Shown here: positions 61,776 through 64,000 of the stretch, one piece after another
Numbering within the stretch: position 1 is the stretch's first letter
Layout: the number at the start of each line of letters is the position of its first letter
Assembly: GCA_951406725.2 (NCBI GenBank)
Contig: OX597814.1
Location: 143,034,001-143,098,000 of the forward strand
Direction: 5' to 3'
DNA: 64,000 nt
Source: Octopus vulgaris
Taxonomy: Eukaryota
Translations under genes and position numbers: made by a program
Notes under the pieces: model-generated
Database searches by the model: none
What the model was told of the DNA's origin: nothing
What the model saw: only the letters and a program-made list of their open reading frames with translations

Positions 61776-61984
61776 AGAGACATTATTGTTCATAAATCTC
61801 GCAACGAGAGATATTAGGTAGCAATACTTTAAAGTAACAATTATTTGCCAACCTAATGTGGCAGTCCCGTTTGAGACGAATGATACTTTTGTTTAGCACC
61901 AGGAGACATCGTCTCCAGCTGGCTATACGATATACGATCTGTGTCCTTATATTTTTGAATGGGAGAGCTCAGCATCCCCATCCA

Positions 61985-62700
61985 GCACACTTGCTCACAC
62001 CCTGCCGCAGGAAAGGCGCCAGAAACATCATCACCAAGGGAAGGCAACAGCAGCAATTAAGTTCGTGAAAGAGGGAGAGAGAGAGAGAGAGCAGTGAAAT
62101 CAGCAAACATAATACATAGCTTGCAGGAAGGCTCTTAACCATGGGATATAACCATGGGATATGAAAGTGGACCTGGGGGAGAGATTGTAGTTTCCCCAGA
62201 TTGTCAATACAACCCTGAGGCCAGATTTGGTGCTGTGGTCTGAAAAGGCCAAGAAAGTTATCGTAATTGAACTAACAGCCCCGTAGGAAGAGAGATGTGA
62301 TGAGGCCCATGAACAGAAGGGTACCAGATATGAGAGCTTTCTGCAGGATTGCAGGGAGAAGGAATAGTAGAAGTGGCTTTTCCCAGACGAGGGTGACCCT
62401 AAGGGATTCCCTGCTCAGTCGGCATGGATGATGCTTACAACAATTGGAATGGGAGGTAAGGAGCGAAGCGTGGCTGTGCGCAGGATGGAAGAGGCAGATG
62501 ATGAAAGAGCCTCTTGTTGGCTTTAGAGTAAGTGGAAGCCAGGAGGAGATGAGGAGCAGGGACCTGACCACCTCTGCGACCCACCAAAGGGAGGGTATTA
62601 CGGTTCAGGGTCGAAACACCCGAAGAACGTTGGATACCGTCTGGTGACATCAGTTCCTTCTGACCAAGGCTCCATTCACTTTGGTGAATGGATAAAGCAC
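61985..62700 (+). mobile_element. Hero-type RLE non-LTR retrotransposon 3' fragment
   Basis: IKFVKEGE..WDMKVDLGERL*FPQIVNTTLRPDLVLWSEKAKKVIVIELTAP*EE..GFPAQS..ERASCWL. Confidence 0.75.
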
Positions 62701-62713
62701 CTCCTTATAGGTT

Positions 62714-62762
<49 letters not shown>

Positions 62763-62850
62763 ACTATAAGAATAAGTATGCATACATACACACACTTACA
62801 CACATATATACATATGAATATATACACATATACATACATACGCTCGCGCT

Positions 62851-62881
<31 letters not shown>

Positions 62882-63161
62882 TGACAAATACTTATTAGAG
62901 TTGCTTAAATGAATGATAAACTAAACTGATGGTTGAACATGAATTATATTCAATTGTTTAGTCACAATAATAAGATATATTTTCATTATTTTTAATCGTC
63001 TGAGTTTAAATAGGAAAATTTCTAGTTTGTTTATTTCACTTGTAAAAAGCATCAATAATGTGATACACAAACGTCACTTAATTTAAGATCATTTAAAGTA
63101 AATAAAAATTCTAATATACTTAACTGCCCGAATAAGTAAAATTTTATATGATGTTCTCGCT

Positions 63162-63590
63162 AAAGCGACGAGCTGGCAGAGTGGTTAGCGTGCCGAAAGA
63201 AATGCTTAGCAGTTGTTCTTTACGCTTTGTATTCTGGGTTCACATTCCGCCGAGGTCGACTTTGCTTTTCATCCAGTTGATAAAATAAGTACAAGTTCAG
63301 CACTGGAGTCAACTAATTCCTTTCTCTTCACCACTTACTAAGTTTCAGGCTTTGTGTCTATAATACAAAGGGTAGGTGCAAGTGTGGCTGTGCGTTAAGA
63401 AGCTTGCTTCACAGCCACATGGTCACACCTTCAGCAAATGCCTTCAACTGTAGCCTCGGGTTGACCAATGTCTTGTGAGTGGATTTGATAGACAGAAACT
63501 GAAAGAAACTCGTCCTATGTGTGTGCTTGTGTGCGTGCGTGTGTATTTGTCACCTCTCCACCGCTTGATATCCGGTGCTGGTGTTCCCGA
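63162..63590 (+). mobile_element. Diverged SINE B copy followed by a SINE A copy
   Basis: Heads at ~63162 and ~63374. Confidence 0.7.
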
Positions 63591-63684
63591 ACAAGTGAAA
63601 TTTCTCAGAACAGAATCATTTCTTTAAAGCATTGGATCTAGAAGTCTGATTGCCTCATTACCTAGAATTTCTTCTCATTTTCTT

Positions 63685-63791
63685 GGCGCAGGAGTGGCTG
63701 TGTGGTAAGTAGCTTGCTTACCAACCACATAGTTCCGGGTTCAGTCCCACTGCGTGGCACTTTGGGAAAATGTCTTCTAAAGAAGCCCGTC

Positions 63792-63839
<48 letters not shown>

Positions 63840-64000
63840 TGGTGTGTGTGTGTGTGTGTTTGTGTGTCTGTGTTTGTGCCCCCAACATCGCTTGACAACG
63901 GATGCTGGTGTGTTTACGTCCCTGTAACTTAGCGGTTCGGCAAAAAAGACCGATAGAATAAGTACTAGGCTTACAAATCCTGGAGTCGATTTGCTCGACT
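63685..64000 (+). mobile_element. SINE family A (runs off the window end)
   Basis: Family A head and body. Confidence 0.9.

Overview
AT-rich, microsatellite-saturated animal DNA. The SINE families and repeat density resemble an Octopus-type cephalopod genome (recognised from memory, not from a database search). I find no convincing host protein-coding exon; almost all ORFs in the supplied track are microsatellite artefacts. The window is made of (i) three tRNA-derived SINE families, one of them often in ~183-bp tandem multimers; (ii) decayed non-LTR retrotransposons: R4/Dong-type RLE elements in (TAA)n tracts, plus Hero, RTE and CR1 fragments; (iii) mariner remnants and MITEs; and (iv) many Penelope-like (PLE) remnants in (TA)n tracts, which carry about ten recognisable hammerhead-ribozyme (HHR) cores. 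The most notable observations are a tRNA-headed, HHR-tailed SINE inserted as a head-to-head dimer with a 12-bp TSD (57854-61787), a retrozyme-like ~560-bp non-coding unit with inverted and tandem copies (55038-55983), a hammerhead core whose three strands occur in a non-circularly-permuted order in a Hero 3' UTR (62593-62651), an HDV-like ribozyme remnant upstream of Dong coding sequence (8488-8570), and helix-rich unique islands within a 3.3-kb (GGT/AGT)n region next to a TATA box (46670-49950). All RNA structures were paired by eye and are untested.
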